A DNA stretch of 60,380 nucleotides from Paraphysomonas bandaiensis (GCA_965644295.1 CBFFRP010000449.1:1-60380); one strand, 5' to 3'. Shown: positions 38,701-50,856, counted from the stretch's first letter. Made by a program: numbers and translations. Notes: generated from the sequence alone by a model not told the origin.

Positions 38701-39166
38701 CCCATTGATGCATCTGAGGAGACAGAAATACCCCACGGGTAATTGAAGAGCGCGTATGTACCAATATCATCAGACCATCCACTACTTCCACTTTTTCCAG
38801 CAATCGTGGATACTTCTCCAGACAACAAGTTAACCTTTCGTAACACGTTGTTCATAGAATCGGATACGTATGCCACGTTTGAGAGTGGACCAAATGCAAC
38901 ACCAACAGGGGTGTCAAACTTGGCGGCGGAACCGATACCATCTTCATAACCATTAGTAGATCCCGCCACAGTTATAGTGTAATATCCATCAGTCACTGCA
39001 AGGAAAGAGTCATAAGAGAACCCAAATTTGAAAAAAATATTGCTCACAGCAAGTATATGTTAAGAACAAACCCACCTGTCGAAGTCAATGGTATTATTGT
39101 CGACGCTAGCGTCAAGTTATACGTCAATAACACTAAACCAACACCAACAAAACAATATGACATCAT
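23738..39166 (-). CDS. Giant (~5000 aa) polycystin-1-like surface receptor: signal peptide, NHL propeller, LRRs, PT/PS stalk, REJ, EGF-like, GPS-like, ~8 TM
   Basis: ORFs 29817-39047, 28713-29795, 25925-28738, 25401-25862 and 23738-25420 are joined by short GT-AG introns. A signal-peptide exon at 39166-39076 (MMSYCFVGVGLVLL...) splices in phase. Confidence 0.85.
31900..37020 (-). repeat. Coding minisatellite for a Pro/Ser/Thr stalk, with 243-bp and 300-bp units and a 786-bp higher-order duplication
   Basis: Repeated PSGEPTCLPSSIPTMQPSGKPSYVPTSIPTSQPTS. Shadow ORFs recur at offsets of 243 (36148/36391/36634) and 786 (34469/35255). Confidence 0.95.
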
Positions 39167-39783
39167 CTAATAAATATGAAATGTAATGATAAAGACCCAA
39201 TAGAGCTATAAATATGGATTCGTATACTCTATAGAGTCATGAGTAAAATAATTGCTGCTGTAGCCATTCTATCGCCCGATGAGAGGAGATCCGGTAGTCC
39301 GGATATTAGTAATTAATTCCAAACAGGAATATAATGAATATAATAATTACCATACTGTAACACAATCATTGGGGACTGCTCTGGGCAATATACAGACACG
39401 CATTGATATGTCTGTCACGCTATATCTTCCGATAGGGTATGTACTCTCACTGTATTTCAACATAATTATGTCCATATACAGAAAAGAAGAACTCTGTATC
39501 TGTGTCTGTGTGTCTGTATATTTCGTATACCATATACGGTATACCTGCTGTACAGAAGGGTATATACTTGTATGTATACTGTGCGGTATACCATACCAAC
39601 AACTCTGTGCTGCTGTATGTATACCATCATATAGCTACAGTGTACATATATATTGTATATATAACTGCTATGTGGGTATTGAAATGTCACTTAATGGAAG
39701 TGGCGATCGATTCTGACTTGATGCCATTCATCATTCCATCTTTCCTTTCTTAAATTAAGCCATTAAATGTCACTAGTACATTC

Positions 39784-41621
39784 ATGGATGATTTACTACT
39801 TCCTCAACGTAAATTGACCCCTACTAAATTAAATACAGAATCAATAGAGTCCAGTGCAGGGTCTTTCAAACCAAGTAGGGCGCTTTTCCGAGGAAGAAGG
39901 ATACAAAAGAATAAGAATGGAATTAAAAGAGCAAACCAGGTTGGAAATAGTATTGATGAAGCAGAAGAATCTGAGGAAGATTCCCGTCCTTCGTTTTTAG
40001 ATATTATCGCTTTGAAGAAATGGCATTTACATGCCATCATACCAACAAGAAGCCTTGTTGCTTTGGCAATGACTTGTAAGAGTATATATCATCGTTATAC
40101 CGCCATGAATTTCGACTACACTATAAAGCTCCATGATTTAGCAACCATAATTCGCTTTGGGAAAGGATTTGGTGTTCTTAATGGGTGCTGTTTACACATT
40201 GGTGACGGTACGCAACTTGAGAAACGTATGCATTCCGTTGTAATAAGCATTAGGTGACGATATAGTTAATTCTGAAGATATAAGTTTTGTTTGCGCGGCG
40301 ATGCAAAGTCCACGTACTCAAATTAGCTGCACACTCGCCTCCTTTGCATTTCAGCTTCATGGCGAGGTTTCTGAAGACGTCATGCATGGTTTCATTCGAA
40401 GCATGAAATACCCATCATTTTTACCTCTTCGACGATTATCTCTAGAAGGTAGCTATAAACTGTTTAGTTATTGTTTGTATGTAGTGACCGCTGTTTCACT
40501 GCAGGGAGTTTAATAGGCGAAAAAGGAATTACAATGTTGAGCAGCATGATAAAAAAGAATTACCTACCGAAGCTAAAAGATTTAAACATTGCCAGTATGT
40601 TTAAACTTTGATTTAACAGCTCCTCTTATAATTATGTTCTAGGAAATCATGCATCTTATAATGGTATTCATAGTATTCAACATTCACTTCTTTCGAAATG
40701 CTGTCCCGAGCTGGAAACTTTAGTTATCGCGGATAACCATGGCGAAATTAGCGTTCTGGAACTCATCTGCAGCCCTTTAATAAAGAAGCGCCCTCAGTTA
40801 ACCGCCCTTGATATTAGTAACAACAATGTTTCTCTAATCGATAGTGACTCAGTGTCTCTCATCATGAAGAGCACGATAAATATTAATTCTCTTCGCTCCC
40901 TCGACCTTTCTTTTAATCCCCTTGATGACGTTGGAGCTTTTAGACTTCTCTCCCAGATGTGGCCGTTGGAAGTTAAAACTCAAGATATTATCTTGATTGA
41001 AAATCTTACAATTCAGCATTCGGAAATTGGAAACAAAACTTTTGGATATATTGGTATGTTTATGATTTAATTGGATAATTAGAATGACTTCATGGTGGGT
41101 GCAGTGTTTGCTTGTGCTAACTTTTTTTGCAGGAGATTTAATGAAGAAAGGACGATTGCGAAACCTTGTTAGCCTATCTTTAGGAATGAACAATGCAACA
41201 GGAAAAGTAGGTGTATCCAGTATATTGGAAGCACTTTGCATGGGTGAGGGTCGAGTGGAGAGCTCAACCGCAGCAAGTGAAGTGCTTCCGAACTTTCGGA
41301 AACTGTACATCCCTCTTAATAGACTGAGCAATGAGGGTCTTATTGCTGTAATGAATGTAGCTGTAGTAGGAGGATTCAAACACTTGGAGGTATATATCAT
41401 TGTACTAATTCTTGTTCTGAATATAATTTTTGTAGGTTTTGGATGTGAGCGATGTCGGGGCCACAGTGGAAACTATGAACATATTTCTGCGCAACTTTAT
41501 AACACACGGTCAATACAAGAATTTAAAACGCCTTGTTGTATATGGTAGGCACCCTTTTGCCAAAAAAAATGCTCGAAGTCAATGTGCACCAGAATTTCTC
41601 AGCCGTGTCCAGGTGTCTTAG
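39784..41621 (+). CDS. RNI-like leucine-rich repeat protein, multi-exon, with a possible F-box-like segment
   Basis: LRR motifs LRRLSLEG, LPKLKDLNIA, LTALDISNN, LRSLDLSFNPL, LVSLSLGMNN and FRKLYIPLNRL across exons separated by short introns. Confidence 0.75.
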
Positions 41622-42451
41622 TTACGTGAGTAGAGTTTATGTACAGTGTATTAAACAAACTGTGGTGTGTAGTTGTAATGATGTAGAAATAAAGCGGTTT
41701 AACATTCGCGCTATATTTGAGATTATTTACCAAACGTAAATATAGCATATAGCATAATTTTGCCGTTTTGATGTTTTGGCGAAGTGTATAACTACTAGTG
41801 CTTCTATAACACATAATTTATAAGAATATTGTAGTATAATGTATCTGCACTGACAATATGTCTATACACCATACATCATACGTTGAATGAAACGACATTA
41901 TAATTATGATATAAAACTGGCGAGAGTGTTAGCTACAAACTACCAAGTATCAAGTCATAACTTGTGTTGACTTCAAATGTGTAGTAATTTCCTATCTAGT
42001 TTACTAGACTTTCACTTTCTTAACAACATCTTGCAACATTATCCACTGTTGTAAAAAGTGATCAATTAATTTTTCTTAGTGAAACTTTTGTTGAAGCTGA
42101 GAATTAACAACTGCAGCTCCTGAGTAATTACTAAAGCGAATTTAACTTTAACGCTTTTTCAGAAACCTATATCTGGACATTACTACCAGGATAATGCCTA
42201 AAAATGTAATTGTAAGCTCTGTACTCTTGCCATGCTTATATATGTGGATGAGAAGAAGAGCGCTCAACAAATAAAGAAATTATTGGCTAAATGGAGTAAC
42301 GTTGTAACTAATGCCACAGTGCGGATACACCCTCATTGAGCAAAGGATGAACAGGCAGAAGTATCTATGAGGCATATCTCACTTATTTCGTCTCTTGCGA
42401 CTTACAATTAGCGTCATATGTGGGTGGGGCAGTGCAAGTATCATGGGTTAA

Positions 42452-42960
42452 ATCCCTCAACAAAGTCGGACTCGCACCTTTTCGTGGTGTTCTGGGGGAT
42501 AAGTACCGGAGTTTTTTCTCTGGGAAACTAACGTGAGCCGCAAACATAGTCAGCAGATATTCTTCTGCCCACTCATAACCGAATGCTTGTGTGGTACAAG
42601 GGACACCAATAAGTGTCACTTGTGTAGACGTCTTTGGGCCCCGACGAATAAACAGGCATCCGGGAATGGGTCCACCTCAAGGGCATCCGGGACAGGGCCC
42701 ACCTGAAGGGTAACCGGGGTATTGGGCTGCCTGCTGAAGTCAAGCATCCGGGATGTTCACCTTAAGAACTCCGAGCGGAAGTGGTCGCACCTTGGTGCTT
42801 GCGGCGACGCACAAGCAGCTTCCGTAGCGTTAAATAGTAGGATAAAAAAAGTGTGTACTGATTAGTTACAGGTAGAGGTCTAACTAGTTTGTCTAGCATT
42901 CATCTAGCTACTAAGTTAGTGCAGGTTTTTAACGCCTATTGCTAATAATAAGACTTTCAA
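42452..42960 (-). repeat. Dispersed repeat family X copy with an internal ~27-bp tandem duplication
   Basis: Homologous to the other copies. GGCATCCGGGA...CCACCTNAAG is duplicated at ~42655-42710. Confidence 0.88.
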
Positions 42961-43199
42961 TATATATCATGGGTTAAGATTTACCACTGTTGGTCCACAG
43001 CAACGGTTTGTGTGGATGGATTCTTGGGTAAAATACGGGTTACACACAACGCATTAAAAAATTATCATGATAAATTTTCTCTGTTTTCTATCTATTTAGG
43101 GTCACTCGGAAAAACACACAAATACATACATAGGATAGATCACTGATATTATATATTACATAAGTACTATTATCACAATAAAGCTCATCAGCTGCAAAC

Positions 43200-44130
43200 A
43201 TTGCCTCAGATATACAAGATCCTCCAGATAGTGTCTCAAAGGATGATCTCTGAAGAATTGTAGAACTATATCTTTATCCCGCCGCCCAAGTTCATTTTAC
43301 TTCTGCACTTGGGGTTATGACTCGAAGTGAAATGGACGCAAGGAAGAGTGAAGCTCCAACACTTAATAGAAAGTCTATGTTAGCTGAATCCACGGATCCA
43401 CGGCTTCGATTTACATGGACTACGACATCTTCAATCCCCAGAATAGATTGATTCAGTAGTCAGTAGGACCTGAAGGCTCGTCAGTTCCTATGAAACCGTG
43501 TACTACAATTGATATGACAGTACTTGCTGTAAGATGCTCTGAATTGAATCCGACCAATCTTGAGCGTGCATCCATTCTTCGCAATGAAGTCTGGATTCAG
43601 GAATGATTACTGTAGGTTCCGTCATTTTTATCTGCAGTCTTAAGAGATATTAATCGCTCGGGAGAGAACAGGGATCGGTCAGAGGTGGAGGTGAACTGGA
43701 TGTCAGCGGAAGCGCAGATGAGATGGGTGTATCACGTCCACAACAAGAGTCGCCGGTATCCTACTGTTGTTACATATGCGTATGGGGTGCTTGATCAGTC
43801 ACAAGTAAATACCTTTGATCGGTCTGCTGGTGAAGCTGGAAGAGACTTCTCCGTTTATGGGGAAAACATAGGAAGTGTGGAGAAAGCGAATGCAGCACGT
43901 AAGAAGCGTTACGCTGAAGCAAGGGCTGAGAAAAGAGCTAAACTTACTAAAACCAGTCACTCATTTGAGAATACCTTGGAAGGATTATAAAAGCCCTAAA
44001 GGACCAAGAAACAATGAAAATCCAATTATAAATACTGAAATTTGCTGCTCTAAATGCACCTACGATTGAAAAAAGCAGGAAGCGTGGCTCAAGTTGGACA
44101 TGATGAGGGCAGCATTACGTAGTAGATAAA
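43200..44130 (+). pseudogene. Degenerate ORF, candidate second (DNA-binding) gene of the PIF/Harbinger element
   Basis: Fragmented coding-like sequence, including ORF 43685-43990, convergent with the transposase remnant. No domain was recognised and the boundaries are approximate. Confidence 0.35.
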
Positions 44131-44279
44131 TATCGCACACCTATTGTGATGAACAAAATTATGATGGAGTAAGTAGTGATGTGGGGGTAGAATAGCTCCT
44201 AGTATTGCAGCTGATTCAGTCATGTACACCAGAGAGACGATTATCTGATGATTTAATTAATATTTCAAATTATAAATTC

Positions 44280-45127
44280 TTACGAACGACTATGTGCTAT
44301 TGTGTGTGGAGGTCTTACACGCCCTTCGCGTTCAATTCTTCGTGTAATGGTTGCTCTTATGTGTCCAAATACTCTTCGTCATGGAATATCATCCCGCTCT
44401 TCGCCATTTTTACTACTAACGGCACAGTGGTCATAATCGCGAACTTTCTTAACATCCGCGAGGTGGAATTTTCACACCTCTGTCAAGGCAGAAATTATGA
44501 AGTGTACAACAAACATTTATTTCCAGACCACATCTCTCATACACCTTCCAAAGTATTCCCCACTGTTGAACGAGCATTTGAAATGCTCGTTAAATAGCTT
44601 GTTGGAGTAAGAATACCAGAAGTTGACCACGTCTTTCCAAATTCCAATACCACACTCAGGGTAAGGGGTTAGAAACTGCAGAGTGAAGGTTAAGGCTTCA
44701 TCTCCGATTAAGAACCTGTCATATAAGTCTCCTTTCGATAGTCTGTCAGCGAGATTGGAAATATCTCAGCACTCACTGGCACGGGTACTGCCCGGATCAT
44801 TGGCAATAACACTCCAAAAACGCCCATTGGCGTCACATCCAGCCATAACTACAACAAATAATCTGTCAAATGCAGGTATAAGTTATAAATTAGTAGCACT
44901 AGTTACTTACGATTGCAACACTTCCTTATTTTCTAAAGGAATTCCTATTTATAGAAGCTTATCTAATGGCTCTATTGTTGGCCATAGTACACGGTGGTCA
45001 CTACACCATGTTGCCTTGCTCACACCTCATGCAAAACATATCTCAATGTACGAGCCACCACTAAACCACCGCAAGCACACTGCATATCTGTCTGGTATGT
45101 GTATTGGCGTTCTCACCTTTCTTCATT
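44280..45127 (-). mobile_element. Decayed PIF/Harbinger (DDE_Tnp_4) transposase
   Basis: Minus-strand translation gives RYAVCLRWFSGGSYIEICFA*GVSK...VLWPTI, AGCDANGRF...PGSTRAS, LIGDEA...LTPY and AI*RAFQMLVQQWGILWK. Confidence 0.85.
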
Positions 45128-45478
45128 GCTGTATTTTGTAATTTTGTATTTTGTCCAAAAAACATACGTATATTTTACTGGTTTCATATATATATGGTGT
45201 TGTCGTATGTACACTCTGTATGAAAGTCTTGCATATACTGCTGCTGTATATACTGTACCATACATATGTACAGAGATCATATGAATGTACAGTATGTGCC
45301 GCTGTGTATGTATATATATATAGGGGGGAACTATTAACATTAACCGACAGCGGTATATGTAAATATATCCAGTCACTGTGTCATGTCATAGCAGATTTAT
45401 TAAAATGAAAGGGGTACTGTTCCAACTCCTCACTGACTGATACACGATCCGATCTATATAATAATACAGTGAAGTGGA

Positions 45479-46609
45479 ATGGAGTCACTTGCTATTATTA
45501 ACCGGTACATTAGTCAACCTAATGGAACCACAAGAAACTATGATAAAGTAATTTATGAATGTAGTGTCTTTGTAGAGACATTTCAGGTGCCATCTGGACA
45601 GCAATTCGGTCCAGAGCCAGATGAAATGAGACCCATTCTAGCGGCACTCAACTCAGAACTGGCGCCTGATATGGAAATATATTTGATTAAAATATTAAAA
45701 ATACTTCTGAGGAATCCACTCAATAGAAGAGCTATTGGAAGGGTTGGCTTATCTGCGTTAGTTGAAGCATTAAAACGATTATCATCTGGACGACCTGTGG
45801 CTGCCGGGGAGCTTGGAAATGCTGTTTTGAATGCGTGCTACAATGGCGAAAATGTTGGCCTATTTATCGAGGTTGGAGGTGTTCCACCTTTGTGTGTGCT
45901 ACTTCGATCACGAGATGTGGATGTAATTGCAAGCACATTGGGAGCCCTGCAAGGAGTATGTTATGTTCCTAAAGGACGACATGAAGTTCGCGGAGATATA
46001 CAGGTGAGGCATTATTGTTGTTGCTTGGGAACGTATGTAAGGAAGCGATAAGTAGTTTATACTTTTGAATGTATACGCTTCTCACTATCTGTGAATAGAC
46101 TATGTCGCTGATTGCCACTTTTCTCTCCTCTTCTGACCCGTTAGTACGTGCTCGCGCCGTCGGGTGCGTGCATAACCTCTCTGCCGATGGAGTGTCAATC
46201 TCTGCACTACGAGAGGTTGGCTGCATTGCACCTCTTCTTGCGCTGCTGCGAGAGCACTCCCCTGAAGTGTGCCAGGCTGCCGCTGGTACGCTACAGAATA
46301 TGTCCCGTGAAACAGCGTCGAGAAATATTATCCTAGATATGGATGCCACGCCAATGTTATTAGATCTTCTTTTCAGCGCCGATGTACAGTGTCAGGTGTG
46401 TACTTTACTGCATGAAGCAGTGTGTTATATTTCTAATCTACTGATTTCTCTACTACGTTCTTCAGGTGGCTTCCATTGGTGCACTTATGAATATCCTAGG
46501 TCCCACCTTGGACGAGGAGCGTATGCAGCAATTGAAAGAGACCCTTACTGATGGTTTAGTTCTGGGGGCGATAGAGTCTTGCGTATTTGAACCTAACATT
46601 CCCCCCTGA
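45479..46609 (+). CDS. Armadillo-repeat protein, 3 exons
   Basis: Motifs GGVPPLCVLLRS...ASTLGALQGV, ARAVGCVHNLS and GCIAPLLALL...AAGTLQNMS. Introns at ~46003-46098 and ~46396-46465; TGA at 46607. Confidence 0.85.
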
Positions 46610-47359
46610 TGTACTGAGTTTTCCAGTGGCTACTGACCTCACATTCGGACATCTAGCAACGGCAAATTATAGACACTGCATTTTTGACAGTTATTGTGGC
46701 CCCTTTGGCTACTTTCCACGACAGGACTAGTCCTGCTGTTTAATGGTAGAAGTTACACTTCTTGTTGGGTATACACAGGATGTTACCTATGGGGCAAGCA
46801 AGTCTTCCCTGGATTCCACAGTATGTGTCTGCTGTGATGCATTCTTTGTTGCAAGTTCTGACATATACTATCTGCGACCCTGAGTTCATATACGTTGTGT
46901 TTAAAAATCTTAGTATGACACAGGCATGTGCTCTACATTGTGCGTTTTTTATTGATAGTGGTGGTCTAGGCGGACGAGCTTGGAATTACTGCATTAGCGA
47001 GTACTGTGTATATCTGTATACACTGGCAGCTTTTCGTGGTGAAGCATTGTGGAGTATACTTGATTATAAATGTCCTTACTGTTATTACGATATACTTAAG
47101 TATGGAACAACAATAATGTAAATCGTAAATTTGCTAGTTTCAAAGTAATCATCATTGTATAAGAATAGGCATTAGACCCTTGTAATCTCATCCGTGTACC
47201 TTTTTCTTGTCTCAGGTGGACTTCTTTCACTCACAACATCTATTAAAGTTTCTATCACAATGTCAAGTACCGACATCATAACGTAATGTTACTGATTCAC
47301 TTTTCAAGAGCTTTATCATACTATACCAAGCATTCCACATTGGCTGTTAGTAGTTAGTG

Positions 47360-47400
47360 GTGAATTTCTTATTAGCGATTGGCGTGAAAGAGTCAGAACA
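47360..47400 (+). repeat. Short fragment of dispersed repeat family X
   Basis: GTGAATTTCTTATTAGCGATTGGCGTGAAAGAGTCAGAAC resembles the 5' module of the other copies. Confidence 0.6.
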
Positions 47401-47770
47401 TTGGCTGTTGAACACTCGATAGCTGAAATCAAAATGGTATTATCAATAATCAACTGACTACTATTTACACATCCTATAAAAAAAATGTTAATATAATAAG
47501 GGCTAGTCTTTAATCTGGCCTACACTACATAGTACTACGTACTACACAATATATTGTTCTCTATCATCCCTCACGCAAATAGGTAAAGGTAAAACTAATT
47601 GGTTTTATATGGACCTATTTAATTATGTTATGTAAGCTCTCTACAAACTACATACCGGCTTGCACTTCACATACACACGACTTTACGCAACAAGAAGACA
47701 TTGAGATAGAAACAAAATACACAACCAAAAATATTCACACCCAAGCATTAAAACAAATATACAAGAATCC

Positions 47771-49462
47771 TCACTGCCCCTTATCAATATTACTGCTTTG
47801 CCTAGATGGAAAGAGTGCAGGTAACAAGTTTTTAAAAGAATCTAGCGTACTGCTTCTACTTATTTGCCGGCTTACAGATTTCTCAATAGGTACTACTGGG
47901 AGAGATTCTGGCTCTTCTAGGGCAATATTTCTCAAAGCATCACTTTGGCGTGCTTTCAATTCTTCCTCCATACGTACGAAACATTTGTTCGTGCGAACCA
48001 AACGGGTCGTCGCAATCCTTGCCACAAAATCACGCACGTCATCGATATCTTGCAGCATATTTTCCTTCAGTGCCTCCTTAAGTATCTTAGCAATTGCAGT
48101 GTCAGTTTTCGGAGATATGGCGTCTTCATACCGTGAAGCAATATCTTGAATATAATGCAGCACATATTTCGTAAACAGCATTGCTGTAGATATGGTCTCT
48201 GTCTTTAACACATGTATCAGCTTCTGAGTCATGACGTCACTAAAACTGGAAACGATACCAATAAACTGTTTTCTTTCATACAAACTAACATTAGGCAAAT
48301 TTTCCTCCATTGCAAGTAGTCGGGAAATCATATTCTGCACCTCATACAGGGAAGCCTTCTGGAAGAAAGTAAATGACTTATTTAGCTCCACTGGAATAAT
48401 TCGTACTGGCTCTTTGCGGGCCCTCTGCACACGATCTTGGACAGATTCAACAACCTCTTCCTCATCCTCCTCGTAAGCCATTAGCTCCTTTATAAATTTT
48501 CCACTGGAAATATTCCAGAGTCGGCAAGTAAAGTCATTGCTACCAGAAACCAGTGTAGTGCCATTGACAGCTACACTTGTGACGACACTTGTGTGTCCCT
48601 TTAAGACATGACGCATCCTACCGCTACTGACTTCCCACACCCGGCAGGTGGTGTCTGCACTACAGGTTACAGCTAAGCTGTCATCGCTTGAAAATGTCAC
48701 ACCCGTAACTACATCGGTGTGCCCAACAAGAGTGTTCAGAACCGATCGCGTAGAAGCATTCCATAAAATGCACTGCTCGTCCTTACCCCCAGATCCCACA
48801 TATATACTGTTGTGCGAAAAGTTTACTGCAGCGACGTATCCTGTGTGCATTTCAAATGTATGAACTAGCTCGCCAGATTCGGCATCCCATAATATGCAGG
48901 TTGTATCCTGGCTACAAGACACTATATACCGATTGTCCGGAGATATCGCAACAGCTCTAACCCAGCCACTATGACCTTCCAGTATACTTCGCAATTCCCC
49001 AGTTTCATATGTCCATACTCTACATGTATTATCCCAGCTACCAGTCACAACCAGAGACCCATCTGAAGATAGTGCAACCGAAGATATATTCTCTGGGTGC
49101 CCACATATAGTGCGCACATTTTCGCCAGTAGACGCATACCAAACTCTGCAGGTCTTATCTTCACCACACGATAGAATGGTATTGTTATCGGCAGAGAGGC
49201 AGATTGAGGTCACTGGTCCGGTGTGTCCCTCCAGGATCAAAGTGGGAATACCCGTGTCTGTACTCCATATTCGACAAGTAGCATCAGCACTGGCTGATAT
49301 AACTGTCGATCCATCAGATGACACAGAGACAGAGGTAACAAAGGAAGAGTGGCCTTTGAGTTGTTTGGGAGGTCGTGTGTATGCAAATTCGTCAAAAAAA
49401 CCCGAATCAAAACTGGGTAATTGTGAAAATTTTTTGGGAACAATCTTCGTCTTAGGCACCAT
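47771..49462 (-). CDS. WD40-repeat protein (7 blades) with a helical C-terminal region
   Basis: Seven GH...S.D.TCRxW repeats in a single 563-aa ORF. Confidence 0.92.
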   Translation of the reverse strand: MVPKTKIVPKKFSQLPSFDSGFFDEFAYTRPPKQLKGHSSFVTSVSVSSDGSTVISASADATCRIWSTDTGIPTLILEGHTGPVTSICLSADNNTILSCGEDKTCRVWYASTGENVRTICGHPENISSVALSSDGSLVVTGSWDNTCRVWTYETGELRSILEGHSGWVRAVAISPDNRYIVSCSQDTTCILWDAESGELVHTFEMHTGYVAAVNFSHNSIYVGSGGKDEQCILWNASTRSVLNTLVGHTDVVTGVTFSSDDSLAVTCSADTTCRVWEVSSGRMRHVLKGHTSVVTSVAVNGTTLVSGSNDFTCRLWNISSGKFIKELMAYEEDEEEVVESVQDRVQRARKEPVRIIPVELNKSFTFFQKASLYEVQNMISRLLAMEENLPNVSLYERKQFIGIVSSFSDVMTQKLIHVLKTETISTAMLFTKYVLHYIQDIASRYEDAISPKTDTAIAKILKEALKENMLQDIDDVRDFVARIATTRLVRTNKCFVRMEEELKARQSDALRNIALEEPESLPVVPIEKSVSRQISRSSTLDSFKNLLPALFPSRQSSNIDKGQ

Positions 49463-50029
49463 TGCAATGGAGGTAATATCCCAGTGATAATACTGCTATA
49501 ATAGGTTGATATACTATGTATGGACGAGGGAGTTATGTATAGAGTGACACGATCATTCTTATGCTGAATAATTCCACTAGATATGCAGTGAATAATACAG
49601 AAGACAAGAAGAGGAGTAGATTATTTCAGATGATTACAGTCCTCTAAATAACTCTGTAGTTCTCTCTTATGGTGATGTTAAGTCTATTAGGTGTGTGTGC
49701 TGTCGTGGTATTGTCTCAGTTGTTAAAACGCAGAACAGAAACTGACAAACAATAACAAAAACTCGAATATTTGAAGGTTTGGTAGTAAAAAATACGTCGA
49801 AAATGTAGATTTTTCAGATCCCCACCTCTAAAAAAAACAGATATCGCTATAAGATTTACTGTAGGGAGCAGGAGTACAGTACACAGCTGTATGATATGTC
49901 CACTTTCACAACAACTCAATCCTTAAGAAGAGAGAGCTATCTGATTAGGGTGACGAGACTATCAATACAATTGCTTTAATAGTGTCAGTGGTGTCATCTT
50001 TGTGTAGTGACTATTTGTGTATTCACATT

Positions 50030-50388
50030 GTAGTGAATGTCTGATTATTAGCAATAGGCGTGTAAGAGTCAGCACTAATGTACCAGAATAAATTAACAAA
50101 CTAGTGCTTAACTCTGGTATCCTACTATTTGACGCTACGAAAGCTGCTTGTGTGTCACCGCAAGCATCAAGGTGCAAACACTTTCGCTCTCTGTCCATAA
50201 GGTGAACAGCCTGAATACTTGACTTCAGCAGGCAGTCCAATACCTCAGATGCCTTTGAGGTGGGCCCAATCCCGGATACCTGTTTATTCGTCAAGGCCGA
50301 AAGACGACTACGCAAGCATTTGGCTATGAGTGGGCAGAACAATATCTGCTGGCTATATATGGGGCTCGTGTTGTTTCCGGGAGAAATT
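50030..50388 (+). repeat. Dispersed repeat family X copy, truncated
   Basis: Closely similar to the reverse complement of 22920-23273. Confidence 0.88.
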
Positions 50389-50856
50389 GCCTATTTATCG
50401 CTACCTTGTCGTGACAGTGAACTCAGGTCACTCCCTAGAAGGGCAAGAAACAGACTCAAACTATCAATATTTAAAAGCAAAAATAGGGGTAGTATGCAAT
50501 TGCGAATAACGTTTGTCGATTAATGTAAAAGAGTGCTGTCTGTTGTGTTCATCAAAAAATATTTTGGAAGTCACCGAAACTACCATTTATGTTGAAATGT
50601 ATTGTTCACAATTACTGCAACACTTTTCAATGCCTCCTGCAATTCATATTACAATATAGTGAGAATACAATTGATCTATTGGTGTACTTATGTACGCGAC
50701 GACTACATGGCGCACATGCATGTTACAACTAAGAACGTGATGTACAATTTACAAGAGCTTAACCTGTAGTACATTTTTAATGTGAGAGTTTGACATACTG
50801 AAATAAATAATTAATCACCAGTAACACGATTCGGGTAAAAATAACGAATACATATA

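Noticed and set aside
44569-44591. Palindrome AACGAGCATTT-G-AAATGCTCGTT as a terminator or inversion
   Set aside because: It is explained by the codons of the Harbinger (E)RAFxMLV motif.
47771-49462. HET-E-like hypervariable WD40 array
   Set aside because: The repeats are diverged at the DNA level and there is no NACHT domain.
50260-50300. Twister, hammerhead, HDV or group II domain V resemblance in family X (e.g. GGGCCCAATCCCGGATA, CTGACGA, GAGCCGCATA)
   Set aside because: The required partner motifs (twister UAA/AAGC/GAGGG, hammerhead GAAA, domain V 3' strand) are absent or not conserved across copies.
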